Source of the DNA: an uncultured Myxococcales bacterium
GTDB taxonomy: Bacteria > Myxococcota > B64-G9
Assembly: GCA_964640665.1 (NCBI GenBank)
Contig: CAZXHT010000021.1
Span: 5,821-69,820, forward strand
Length of the DNA stretch: 64,000 nucleotides
Reading direction: 5' to 3'
The number at the start of each line of letters is the position of its first letter. Within the stretch, counting starts at the first letter, position 1. A program made the position numbers and the translations under genes. The notes beneath the pieces were generated by a model that saw only the letters and a list, made by a program, of their open reading frames with translations, had not been told where the DNA came from and searched no databases. This document shows, in pieces, positions 52,841-63,999 of this stretch.

Positions 52841-53350
52841 ATGAAACGTCTGTTGTTGGTGATCTTGGTGCTTGCCTGGGCAAGTATTCCGGGCGCGGTG
52901 TCGGCGGCAGCCTCGGATGGGAGTTCGGTGGGACTGGGAGTGTCTTTCGGCACGGCCCTGCCCCAGCACAAGACCGACGAGGTTGAGTTCGACGACTGGG
53001 ATGCAAGCTTTGCCTGGGGTTTCTACGTCAACATTCCCGTGGTGTGGACCTTTCACATCACGCCGTCTGCGGAACTGTACCAGTTCGATAAGATAAACGC
53101 GACGGACGTCAACATCGCCTTCAAGTTCATTATTCCGGCATGGGTGTTGAATCTCTATTTCGGAGTGGCTCCGGGAGTGACCACAGTGGCGGACAAGCAC
53201 ATCTTCAACGTGGGCGGCGTGGTCGGAGTGGCCTTCAACCTGTTTTCAAACCTGGATATGTTCGTGGATGCCAAATACAAGATTCTGATCGAGGGAGATT
53301 CGAACATCAGGGTCTTGCACGCCAATGCGGGAGTGCTGTGGCATTTTTAA
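52841..53350 (+). CDS. Small outer-membrane beta-barrel protein
   Basis: Signal peptide, amphipathic strands, terminal GVLWHF BAM-type signal; AGGAGG RBS. Confidence 0.8.
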   Translation: MKRLLLVILVLAWASIPGAVSAAASDGSSVGLGVSFGTALPQHKTDEVEFDDWDASFAWGFYVNIPVVWTFHITPSAELYQFDKINATDVNIAFKFIIPAWVLNLYFGVAPGVTTVADKHIFNVGGVVGVAFNLFSNLDMFVDAKYKILIEGDSNIRVLHANAGVLWHF

Positions 53351-53404
53351 AAAAATATATACCATTATTTCAACAGGATATGTCTCCATCCGCCAGTTGA
53401 CCGA

Positions 53405-53433
53405 TTGATCGATTCCGTCTCCGGGAGTATAAA
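53405..53433 (+). promoter_or_regulatory. sigma70-like promoter of the flp pilin
   Basis: TTGATC-N17-TATAAA. Confidence 0.45.
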
Positions 53434-53497
53434 TGTACCATGGCGTTGAGTAGTGAAGAACTTGTTCAATTCAAATAGAAACCGAAAGGAGAAAGTC

Positions 53498-53752
53498 ATG
53501 TTGAGCAAACTGAGAGGACGCAAAGGTCAGGGTATGACCGAGTACATCATCATCGTGGCGTTGATCGCCATCGCGGCCATCGGCGTCGTCGGTCTGTTCG
53601 GCGACAACATCCGCGCCCTGTTCTCCACCTCGGCCAACGCGCTGGCCGGTAACGAGAAAACCGGCACGGACACCAACCAGGCCGGCAAGAAGATGTACAA
53701 GCACAAGACCCTCAAGAAGTTCGGCATGGACAACGAACCGACCGGTTCATAA
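53498..53752 (+). CDS. flp: Flp (type IVc/Tad) pilin
   Basis: RKGQG|MTEYIIIVALIAIAAIGVV Flp motif; AAAGGAG RBS. Confidence 0.92.
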   Translation: MLSKLRGRKGQGMTEYIIIVALIAIAAIGVVGLFGDNIRALFSTSANALAGNEKTGTDTNQAGKKMYKHKTLKKFGMDNEPTGS

Positions 53753-53766
53753 GAGTTCCCCCAAGG

Positions 53767-53803
53767 TACCCGGAAGGCATCCCCAATGGATGCCTTCCGG
53801 GTA
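53767..53803 (+). terminator. 16-bp perfect stem-loop after flp
   Basis: TACCCGGAAGGCATCC-CCAAT-GGATGCCTTCCGGGTA followed by TGCTTTCT. Confidence 0.7.
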
Positions 53804-53838
53804 TGCTTTCTGAGCAGGTCCGTCAATCAGAAAAAATC

Positions 53839-54090
53839 ATGATTGGAAAGAGGTTGTGTAGTGCTTTGCTCCCCGGGCCTGGCGCGCTCTTGGCGCTGGG
53901 GGTGGCTTTATCTGACGCGCTGGCAAAGCTCGGCAGCTTCGATCTTTTCTTCAACATTTCCTCGGGCCGTTGGATCATCTCCCATGGCTTTCCCGGAAGC
54001 GATCCGTTCATCGTCACCAGCCTCCGGGTCCTGGTTCCCGCATGAATGGGCCTACGGAGTTCACATGGGGGTTGTGCGAGAGTTTCCCAG
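53839..54090 (+). pseudogene. Frameshifted N-terminal relic of a GT-C-like multi-pass membrane protein
   Basis: DLFFNISSGRWIISHGFPGSDPF, then after a +1 shift at about 54010, SSPASGSWFPHEWAY; fits the D.wwH...Gr.i....p..DPFS....g.W..HEW pattern; truncated before cpaA. Confidence 0.5.
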
Positions 54091-54108
54091 ACTATATAAT
54101 ACCGCACC

Positions 54109-54630
54109 ATGGACGCCATCGACATCATTATCAATATACTTATCGTAGCCGTCGCGCTCACCGGCGCCGTCACCGACGTCGCCAAGCGCAAGATCTACGA
54201 CTGGCTCACCTACCCGGCGATCGCCGCCGGCTTGATCTTGCAAACAATCGGTTACGGCTGGGGCGGCATTTTCGGGTTCGGGTTGATCTCGTCGCTGGCC
54301 GGGGCCGCGTTTTGCATGTTGGTATTCGGAGCTTTTTGTCTGTGGGGGCGGGGCTTCGGCTTCGGAGACGTCAAGCTGATGGCCGCCCTGGGCGCATTGG
54401 CGGGGTTCGTGCATGGACTGAGGGTGGCCATGTTGACGACTTTAATCGGGGCTGTCATGGCTCTTTTCAGGATTGTCTTTGGCAAGGACGCGCTGATCGA
54501 TCCGCAACGCGCTTCCCGGAAAAACGGGCGGCGCTCTCGTCTCTCGCTGACGATTCCTTATGGGATTGCAATAGCCCTGGGCGCAATCTGGGCTACCTGC
54601 ATGCGTTTTGGCTTCCTGGAACTTTTCTGA
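54109..54630 (+). CDS. cpaA: A24 prepilin peptidase (CpaA/TadV)
   Basis: VTDVAKRKI and GFGDVKLM catalytic Asp motifs, IPYGIAIALG tail. Confidence 0.9.
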   Translation: MDAIDIIINILIVAVALTGAVTDVAKRKIYDWLTYPAIAAGLILQTIGYGWGGIFGFGLISSLAGAAFCMLVFGAFCLWGRGFGFGDVKLMAALGALAGFVHGLRVAMLTTLIGAVMALFRIVFGKDALIDPQRASRKNGRRSRLSLTIPYGIAIALGAIWATCMRFGFLELF

Positions 54631-54681
54631 CAGGTTTTTCTTTGGCGACCTCTTCCCTCAAAGGGTGCGAGACTGTCTTTC

Positions 54682-55584
54682 ATGATCAAGGAGTCCTCAT
54701 CGAATCCTGACTTGCAGCACGCGCTGCAGGATCTTAGCCGGCGCTTTGGCCCGGAGGGCGGTTGTGCGCCCCGGCCCGGCGAGGTGGCCGCGCGGCCCGA
54801 TGCCACTGCATGGGCTTGTCTGGCTTTGGGTAAAAATAATAATGCGAGCGCGCTGGTGCGGGGGGCTCGGGACTTTTTGACCACACGGCAAAGCGAAGAC
54901 GGGCGCGTCTGCCTCCTGATAGAAACTCCTGACGTGTATTGGCCAACGAGCTTGGCCATCCTGGCATGGGCGGGCTCGGCGGCTCACTGGCAGGCCCGGA
55001 AGCGAGCGGCCCGGTTTTTACTGTTGAACACGGGCCGGCATTATCCTCGGCGGCCGGAGGCTCCCACGGCCCACGATACCGCTCTGCGCGGATGGCCTTG
55101 GGTGGCCGGGACTCATTCATGGGTCGAGCCGACAGCCTTGGCCATGATAGCCCTGGATCAGTGTGGCCTCTCCCTGCATGAACGGGTGGCCGAGGCAACC
55201 CGGATGTTGATCGACCGCCAAATCCCGGACGGCGGATGGAATTACGGCAACACCGTGATTTACGGCACTGTCCTCGATCCCTTGCCCCAGACCACGGCAG
55301 TGGCCCTGGCTGCCTTGGCCGGGAGGGTGGAGCGCTCTACGGTAGCTCAGAGCCTCTCTTATTTATTAAAGCAGGCCCCTGCCTTGCACACGCCGCTTTC
55401 ACTGGGTTGGGCAATATTGGGGCTCGATGCTTGGGGCGAGCGGCCGGCGCGGGCGGTAACTTGGTTGCTCGAGTGCCTGGGCCGGCAAGATCGAACCGGC
55501 GGCTACGACACCGAGAGTTTGAGCCTGTTATGTTTGGCAGCCTCGGGGTCGGCCGCCTGGTTGTATGGGAAAAGTGGACCATGA
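54682..55584 (+). CDS. Prenyltransferase/squalene-oxidase repeat (alpha/alpha barrel) protein
   Basis: QSEDGR and QIPDGGWNYGN QW-like motifs, T(A/S)LA.LAL repeats. Confidence 0.72.
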   Translation: MIKESSSNPDLQHALQDLSRRFGPEGGCAPRPGEVAARPDATAWACLALGKNNNASALVRGARDFLTTRQSEDGRVCLLIETPDVYWPTSLAILAWAGSAAHWQARKRAARFLLLNTGRHYPRRPEAPTAHDTALRGWPWVAGTHSWVEPTALAMIALDQCGLSLHERVAEATRMLIDRQIPDGGWNYGNTVIYGTVLDPLPQTTAVALAALAGRVERSTVAQSLSYLLKQAPALHTPLSLGWAILGLDAWGERPARAVTWLLECLGRQDRTGGYDTESLSLLCLAASGSAAWLYGKSGP

Positions 55585-56609
55585 AAATGACCGAAAATGG
55601 AGGAAAAGCGAAATCGAGTCGGGGCCTGGACCGCCGCCATTTTCTGAAAGCCAGCCTAACCGGCGCCGTGCTTGGCATGGGTGCCGGCCTGGGCTGGCAG
55701 CTATTGCCCGGCAGAGACAAGCCGGTCACTTTCATCGCCCGGGCTTCTGATTATCGGGTGGACTTTGGCCGGCTACTGCGTTTGGGTTTGCAAGAACTTG
55801 GATTGGGGCCGGCGCAGATTCGACATAAGCGGGTGCTACTCAAGCCCAATCTGGTAGAACCACATGAGCGTGCCGAGTGTATCAATACCCATCCACAACT
55901 CGTGCGCGGTGCGGCCGAGGCCTTCTTGCGCCTGGGTGCCCAGCAGGTCTTGGTGGCTGAAGGGCCCGGACACCGGCGCGACACCTTGGTGGTACTGGAA
56001 GAATCTGGCCTGGCCGAGGTTCTGGCCGAGGACCGGATTCCGTTTATCGATCTCAACACCCAGGCGGGCTGGACCCTGCCAAATCGCGGCGGCTGGACCG
56101 ATCTGCCGGTTTTTCACTTACCTGCCCTGCTGAAACAGGTCGACTTGATTGTGTCCTTGGCAAAAATGAAGACCCATCATTGGGCGGGTGTGACTCTTTC
56201 TATGAAGAATCTTTTCGGAGTCTTGCCGGGCATGATATACGGTTGGCCCAAGAATGTCCTGCACCAGGCAGGGCTGCAGGCTTCCATTCTGGATATCACC
56301 GCCAGCTTGCGCCCGCAACTTGCCATTGTCGACGGCGTCATCGGCATGGAAGGCGACGGTCCCATCATGGGTAGCCCCAAGGAGGCAGGAGTGGTAATCA
56401 TGGGCCGCTCGTTGCCTGCGGTCGATTCGGTCTGTGCCCGGATCATGGGCATCGATCCGTATAAGATCCCCTATTTGGATACCGCCGCTCGCGTTTTAGA
56501 CCCGAGGGTGAAAAATGGCGTTAGGCAAATCGGAGAGCGCATCGCCGATGTACAGACCCGCTTTAATCTCTTGCCCCGTATTCACGCTCAACGAGGCATT
56601 CGGCTGTAA
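55581..56609 (+). CDS. Tat-exported DUF362 family protein
   Basis: LDRRHFLK twin-arginine signal, VLLKPNLV, THP, KMKTHHWAGVTLSMKNLFG, GMEGDGP; ATGA-coupled. Confidence 0.85.
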   Translation: MKMTENGGKAKSSRGLDRRHFLKASLTGAVLGMGAGLGWQLLPGRDKPVTFIARASDYRVDFGRLLRLGLQELGLGPAQIRHKRVLLKPNLVEPHERAECINTHPQLVRGAAEAFLRLGAQQVLVAEGPGHRRDTLVVLEESGLAEVLAEDRIPFIDLNTQAGWTLPNRGGWTDLPVFHLPALLKQVDLIVSLAKMKTHHWAGVTLSMKNLFGVLPGMIYGWPKNVLHQAGLQASILDITASLRPQLAIVDGVIGMEGDGPIMGSPKEAGVVIMGRSLPAVDSVCARIMGIDPYKIPYLDTAARVLDPRVKNGVRQIGERIADVQTRFNLLPRIHAQRGIRL

Positions 56610-56745
56610 CAGACGGCGTCTTCGCTCCGGATCATGACGGTCAGGCACAATCGCATTTTCCAAAACCCATTTTGGCTTGACATCGGCCTTGCTATGCGAG
56701 ATTCTTCCATGAATATCCCGTATATAGAAGGGAGGTCTGGTTCCG

Positions 56746-58203
56746 ATGAAAGATAGATTGTCTGGCTCCATTGCCTGCGTTCTTTTCGTGTCCGCTGTCT
56801 GTGCCGTGCTTCTCCCACCCGCGAGCGCTAAAGCCGAATCACGCATGGTCCGCATGGTGGTCGGCGAGCAGAAGAGCATGAAATACAAAGGGATAGACAA
56901 AGTGATCGTCGGCAATCCGAGAGTGGCCGACGTCAAGAACATCGGCCGCGACACCTTCATCTTGTTTGCTACGGGCGCCGGCCGCACCAACATGACCATT
57001 CGGCGGCACGCAAAATCCTCGATCAACTTCACCATCCTCGTCAGCAAAGAGGATGTCCAGTCGCTGATGTCAGAGGTGAGGAAGCTGCTCGGTGACCGCG
57101 AGGGCATCTCCATCAGGCCCGTCGGTGACCGGGTGATCTTGGACGGGCGCGCCTTTACCAGCGAGGATTTCAGGCGGGTCAACGATATCGTCAAGCTGTA
57201 TCCCCAGGTCAAGAGCTTCGTCAAGGTGAACCCCAACGCCAAGAAACTGGTGGCCAACCAACTCAACCTCGAGTTGCAGAAGGCCGGCCTCAAGAACGTG
57301 GAGGCCAACGTCGTGGGAACGAAGATCTTCCTGGAGGGCTCGGTCGAGTCGAAGGCGGATCTTCAAAAGGCCGAGATGATTACCAAGGCCATAGGAGAAG
57401 AGGTGGAGAATCTCCTGACCGTGGGCATCAAGCGCATGGTGCTGGTGGAGATCGATTTCGTCGAGATCAAGAAGAGCGGCACCGACCACATCGGCATCAA
57501 GTGGCCGCTGGACATCGACGGCAAGGCGAACGTATCCGTAAACACGACTCGTTTTCTGGAAGGGCCCGGCGCCAACAGCACGATCTTGACGGCCGATGGT
57601 CTCGGATATACTGACTTCGGGTTCGGGTTCATGTTCCAGGACGGATATGCCCGCGTCCTGGCCCAGCCGAAACTCGTCTGTGCCAGCGGGGAGAAAGCAG
57701 AGTTCTGGTCGGGCGGCGAGGTGCCCATTGTCGTCATCACCTCCATGGTCGTCAGCATCGATTACAAGAAGTTCGGCGTGATCCTGAGGATCACCCCGGT
57801 TGCCGACCGCCACGGCAACATCCAGATGGACGTTTTCGCCGAGGTCAGCGACATCGACCGCTCGATCGGTTTCTCTGGTCAGGGTATAGACGTGCCGGGC
57901 TTCGTGCGCGACAACTGCAAGACGAACGTAACCGTCAGGCACGGCCAGACAATCGTGCTCGGCAACCTGTTCCACATCGCCGAGGAGAAGAACGTCGCCA
58001 AGGTTCCCCTGCTGGGGCACATTCCCATTATCGGCGAGTTGTTCAAGTCGAGAATCTTCAAGGAAAAGAAGGCCGAGTTGTGCGTCTTCGTCACGCCGCG
58101 GATCGTCAACCCGGACACTCCCAAGATCCTGAAGATGATCGCCGATATCAAGAGTCGTTACAAGCGGGCCAAGAGTGAAGTGGGATTCGGCATTTTTGAT
58201 TGA
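56746..58203 (+). CDS. cpaC: Tad secretin (CpaC/RcpA) with BON domain
   Basis: VIVGNPRVADV N-domain, BON-like region, LAQPKLVCASGEKAEFWSGGEVP, KVPLLGHIPIIGELFKS. Confidence 0.9.
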   Translation: MKDRLSGSIACVLFVSAVCAVLLPPASAKAESRMVRMVVGEQKSMKYKGIDKVIVGNPRVADVKNIGRDTFILFATGAGRTNMTIRRHAKSSINFTILVSKEDVQSLMSEVRKLLGDREGISIRPVGDRVILDGRAFTSEDFRRVNDIVKLYPQVKSFVKVNPNAKKLVANQLNLELQKAGLKNVEANVVGTKIFLEGSVESKADLQKAEMITKAIGEEVENLLTVGIKRMVLVEIDFVEIKKSGTDHIGIKWPLDIDGKANVSVNTTRFLEGPGANSTILTADGLGYTDFGFGFMFQDGYARVLAQPKLVCASGEKAEFWSGGEVPIVVITSMVVSIDYKKFGVILRITPVADRHGNIQMDVFAEVSDIDRSIGFSGQGIDVPGFVRDNCKTNVTVRHGQTIVLGNLFHIAEEKNVAKVPLLGHIPIIGELFKSRIFKEKKAELCVFVTPRIVNPDTPKILKMIADIKSRYKRAKSEVGFGIFD

Positions 58204-58245
58204 TTACACCTTGTTCTGCGATATTGCTCCTGGAGGCGTGGACAG

Positions 58246-60039
<1,794 letters not shown>

Positions 60040-60075
60040 TACGTCCAAGCAAACGGACCATCAGGTGGTTGTGTC

Positions 60076-62025
60076 ATGGCCAAGATAGTTCTATCCGACC
60101 CCAGCGGTCGCGAAAAGGTGTACGAGCTGACGTCCGAGCCGCAAGTGTGGGGCAGAGGTGAGGACTCGGACGTCATCCTCGGTTCCCGCAGTGTCATCAG
60201 GCATCACATGCGTATCTGGGAAGACGGCGACAAGGTGATGGTGGAGGATCTCTCCGGGGGCAAGGGGATCCTGCTGGACGGTGAGCCGGTTTCAGGCACC
60301 TTCGAGCTGGAGCCCGGCCTGGAGATGGAAGCCGGTGTTTTCGTTTTCAGGATTCACGGGGTCAAGCTGACCACCGCAGTTGACGCTGAAGTGCCGGGAG
60401 AAGAAAAACTAGTGCCCGTCCTGGTCGGCACCAGGGGTGTGACCAAGGGGGTCGAGATCGAGCTTCAGGAGGGCGACAATGATGTCGGGAGAGATCCCTC
60501 CCTGTATGTCGTCATCGATGAGCAATCGATATCGCGCCTGCATGCCAGATTGACTATCAGCCAGGACGGGACGGGTGGAGCCCGCCTGGTGGACATGCAC
60601 AGCTCCAATGGCACTTTCGCAAACAAGAAGAAGATCGACGAGATCGAGTTGCAGTCCGGGGACATTATTCGTTTCGGCAGCGTGGAGTTCAAGTTTCTCT
60701 ATGGAAAGGAGACATCCGCCGCCGCGGCTGCCTTAAAGAAGAGAAAGTTGCTGCTGATCGGCGTAGGCGGCCTCGTCGGCCTTTTTGTGATCATCGGTGT
60801 TTGCGCCAAGCTAAGAGGCGGGCACGGGGAACAGGCCGGGCCGACAGGGCCGGTGGAGGAGGGAGTCCCGCTGGAAATTCGTGTCGATCAGCACCTCGGA
60901 GCGGCGCGTGGCGCCATGGAGCGCTTCGATTGGAAAACGGCCAAGAAGGAAGTCGAGATCGCCAAGGATCTCCTGCCGATATCGAGCGAGGTCAGGAAAC
61001 TAGAAAAGCTCATCGACAAAGAAATGACAAGCAAAGGGCTTTATAAGGAAGGCGTGGACCGCTACGATCTGAGCAAGTGGAACGAGGCACTGGATCTGTT
61101 CAAGAAGATTCCACATGAGAGTGCTTACTACGCCAAGGTCAAGTACAAAATGTCGGAGATTGTCGAGAAGCAGTCCAAATATCACTTGGGAGAAGGCAAG
61201 GGCTATTACCGGGGTCAGCAGTACCGAAAAGCCCAAAGGCACTTTATCGCTTACATGGGTTTGAAGCCTTGTGACAAGAAGGTGTACGAGAAGTGGCTCA
61301 AGAAAACCGAGGGGCGGATGCGCCACTTCGAGATCAGGTACAAGCCCTTCATTTATCATTGCACGGATGCTGCGCAAGAGAAGAAGTCCTCACTCGAGGC
61401 AGGCCTGGATCCTATGGACTTGTTGAAGGCCAAGTATCAGGATAAGAGCATTTTCGAGGCCATCGAACTGTACTTCAAGGGCAAGGCGGAACTGTCGATA
61501 AACAAGCTGCGCAAGATCAAGGTCATGTCAAACGATAATAAGATCGTCGAGCAGGCCAAGTTGATCGAGCGGGTGATGATGGTAGTCAGCGGAAAATTCA
61601 GCGAGGGGACGGGATTGTTGCTGCAGGGTGAGTTGAAAAAGGCCAGGGATAAGTTCCAGACCGTCCTGGTAAACGATAAAAAGATCATGCCACCGGGCGT
61701 GAGAAGCTTCTATTGTGACAACGTGGGAAGCCAACTGGCGAGCAGGTTGTACAAGCAGGGCCTGGAAAAGTACAACCGCAAGGAGTGGGTCAAGAGCTTC
61801 AAATTCTGGAAGGAGTGCCTGGATGTCAGCCCCGACGATCGCAACTGCATGCAGGGGCTGATCAACCTCGAGTCGGTTGCGGGGGAAGCACTCGACTATG
61901 CCCGCCAGCTTGAAATCCGCAAGGACGAGGATGCATTTGACGTCTGGAAGCAGGTCATGCAGATGACCCGTCCGGAATCCCTGCCGTACAAGAAAGCAAA
62001 CCTGAAACTGCGGGAATACGAATAG
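60076..62025 (+). CDS. FHA-FHA-TM-TPR protein (KilD-like)
   Basis: Degenerate FHA1 (GR..SVIRHH..GKG), canonical FHA2 (GR..SRLH..SNG), TM, helical TPR-like C-terminus. Confidence 0.85.
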   Translation: MAKIVLSDPSGREKVYELTSEPQVWGRGEDSDVILGSRSVIRHHMRIWEDGDKVMVEDLSGGKGILLDGEPVSGTFELEPGLEMEAGVFVFRIHGVKLTTAVDAEVPGEEKLVPVLVGTRGVTKGVEIELQEGDNDVGRDPSLYVVIDEQSISRLHARLTISQDGTGGARLVDMHSSNGTFANKKKIDEIELQSGDIIRFGSVEFKFLYGKETSAAAAALKKRKLLLIGVGGLVGLFVIIGVCAKLRGGHGEQAGPTGPVEEGVPLEIRVDQHLGAARGAMERFDWKTAKKEVEIAKDLLPISSEVRKLEKLIDKEMTSKGLYKEGVDRYDLSKWNEALDLFKKIPHESAYYAKVKYKMSEIVEKQSKYHLGEGKGYYRGQQYRKAQRHFIAYMGLKPCDKKVYEKWLKKTEGRMRHFEIRYKPFIYHCTDAAQEKKSSLEAGLDPMDLLKAKYQDKSIFEAIELYFKGKAELSINKLRKIKVMSNDNKIVEQAKLIERVMMVVSGKFSEGTGLLLQGELKKARDKFQTVLVNDKKIMPPGVRSFYCDNVGSQLASRLYKQGLEKYNRKEWVKSFKFWKECLDVSPDDRNCMQGLINLESVAGEALDYARQLEIRKDEDAFDVWKQVMQMTRPESLPYKKANLKLREYE

Positions 62026-62028
62026 CCA

Positions 62029-62820
62029 CTACAGCTTTGGTTTCACATCCGCCTTGGTCTTGCCCGAGCGGATCTCGTCGAGCTTTTTTCTCATGGCGGC
62101 CACGAGTGCCTGGTAGGACTCTTTCTTGATCTTGCGGTTGAACTCGCCGCGGTAATGCCGCACCAGGCTCACGTCCCCGAACTCGACGTCGAAGATCAGC
62201 CAACAGCGCTGCTTGAGGTACAGGTGAAACGTCAGATCCTCGCTGACGGTCTTGCCCTTTTTGTTCTTGGCGCTGGCAACTGCCGTCACGTCGGCCTGGG
62301 CTTCGTCCTCATCGATCTCCTCGTCTTCGTACTCCATCTTGAAGTCTATATTCTTGCTGATGGTGGAGGTGTACGAAGCCTCAATCAGGTCGCGTAGCAG
62401 CTTGGTAAATTTCTCTTGCTCCTCGGGTGAGCGCTTCTTCCAGTGCGGGCCCAGCGAACGTCTTGACAGCTCATGATAGTCGAGAAAGTCATCGACGACC
62501 TTTTTCAGCTTTTCTTTTTGCTGTTTCGCAGCAGGCGATCCCTTCTTGACCTTCTTTCTTAAAATAACGCGAACCTTCTCCGCGCTCTCCCGAATCACCT
62601 GCTGCGGTGAAACAGCGGCCCACGCCATCGGCGTAACCAAGAAACCGGCAAGAACGATGATTGCCGTTATTGTACCACTTACACCGAAAATCTTCGCGGT
62701 TCGCGAAGATTTCCTGAGTACTGCGCGAGTCATTTGATTGCGGCGGAGCCGCGCTGTGGTTTTCATTTTCAGTGCCATTAATATCCTCATGTTTTTTGAC
62801 GCCGCCACCCCTTCACTCAT
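62029..62820 (-). CDS. MlaC/Ttg2D-like periplasmic lipid-binding protein (start uncertain)
   Basis: DYHELSRRSLGPHWKKRSPEEQEKFTKLL..LIEASY, IFDVEFGDVSLVRHYRGEF. Confidence 0.82.
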   Translation of the reverse strand: MSEGVAASKNMRILMALKMKTTARLRRNQMTRAVLRKSSRTAKIFGVSGTITAIIVLAGFLVTPMAWAAVSPQQVIRESAEKVRVILRKKVKKGSPAAKQQKEKLKKVVDDFLDYHELSRRSLGPHWKKRSPEEQEKFTKLLRDLIEASYTSTISKNIDFKMEYEDEEIDEDEAQADVTAVASAKNKKGKTVSEDLTFHLYLKQRCWLIFDVEFGDVSLVRHYRGEFNRKIKKESYQALVAAMRKKLDEIRSGKTKADVKPKL

Positions 62821-63999
62821 TCACTTTCCGTTTTTCGGCGCCCGGCTAAGATCTTCTCCGCTGGCGGCATGCAGGCGATCCAGGGCTACCAGGATATCGT
62901 GGCGTAGCTTGGTCAGACCTATCTTGGAATTGGCATGGGCCGCGATAGAATCAAGGAGATCCTTGGTGTCCGAGATGCCTACTCCGTAGCTCATAAAGTT
63001 GGCTCGCATCCAGGCCTTGGCGGCCCGGTGCCCCTTCTTTTGGATCTTTTGGTCTGCATAGGTCGTGCGGACATCTTCCAGGCGGCGGTCGATTTCGAGG
63101 CCGACGGCTTGTTCGGCCTGGTTGGCCAGGGCTTCGATTTTCGATAAAGACGCCCTGGCCTCGGCCAGCCGGGCCAGCTTCTGGGGAATATCCAAGGTAA
63201 TGCGAAATCCAACCATCAGGGCACCGCCGTAAGTGGTCAGGCCGGCATTCAAGAGAGGGTTTTCGATGAAGTCCTGCACCCATGACCACGAGCCCTGGAA
63301 GTAACCTCCCACGAAGAAGTCGGGGTAGAAGCCGGCCTTTTCGATCTCCACGGAGGCTCGGCGCGCTTCGAGGCCGGCCGTGAGCATGGTAAGTTCCGGG
63401 CGCCTCGCCCGGGCCCGCGCCAGGTAGGCGGTGCGCGGTAGTGTCTTGAAGTCAGGCGCTTCCAACTCCACCACTAACAACTGCCGTTTCGTTCCCAGAT
63501 ACTCGATACCGGTGAGGAAACGTAAAGCGGCCAAGGCCACCGCCTGTCCGCTGCGGGTCTGGGCCAGCAGGGACTTTACCCGGGCGGCATAGTAACGCAG
63601 CTTGAACAGGTCGCGGTCGGTGACGTCTTCGTTCAGATCATCAAGCATCTTGATCAGCTTCTTTTCGACTTCCTTGATCTTCTTGTCTCCATCCTCGAGC
63701 ACTTCGACTGCCGAGTCGGCCAGCAGCCAACCGTAGTAGGCCCGGCGCACCTCCAGGGCCACCTCCTGCCGCGCCCGTTCGATGCCGGCCCGGCCGGCGC
63801 GCATGCCCGCGGCGGCGGCCTGCTTGGCCGAGGAGATCTTGCCGAAGGTGTAGATCGGCAGGTAGCCCTCGATCTTGCCTCCCATGGCCAGGCCGAGGTT
63901 GCCGAAATCGAAGTCGCCGCCTTTCGACGCCGAGCTTACCTCCAGGCCGCTGCAGACGGGATCGTTGTCCGGATCGCAGGCCAGGCGCCGCTCGCTGAC
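62821..63999 (-). CDS. TolC-family outer-membrane efflux protein; 5' end lies outside the window
   Basis: Frame open to the window end; EVRRAYYGW, ARARRPEL, AGFYPDF, coiled coils. Confidence 0.85.
   Translation of the reverse strand, partial: VSERRLACDPDNDPVCSGLEVSSASKGGDFDFGNLGLAMGGKIEGYLPIYTFGKISSAKQAAAAGMRAGRAGIERARQEVALEVRRAYYGWLLADSAVEVLEDGDKKIKEVEKKLIKMLDDLNEDVTDRDLFKLRYYAARVKSLLAQTRSGQAVALAALRFLTGIEYLGTKRQLLVVELEAPDFKTLPRTAYLARARARRPELTMLTAGLEARRASVEIEKAGFYPDFFVGGYFQGSWSWVQDFIENPLLNAGLTTYGGALMVGFRITLDIPQKLARLAEARASLSKIEALANQAEQAVGLEIDRRLEDVRTTYADQKIQKKGHRAAKAWMRANFMSYGVGISDTKDLLDSIAAHANSKIGLTKLRHDILVALDRLHAASGEDLSRAPKNGK

Noticed and set aside
53351-53497. c-di-GMP or other riboswitch upstream of flp
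   Set aside because: No GEMM-like or other recognisable aptamer core; the region is explained by a sigma70-like promoter and RBS.
54631-56745. Mobile element or target-site duplication around the prenyltransferase/DUF362 insert
   Set aside because: No terminal inverted repeats, flanking direct repeats, transposase or integrase seen.
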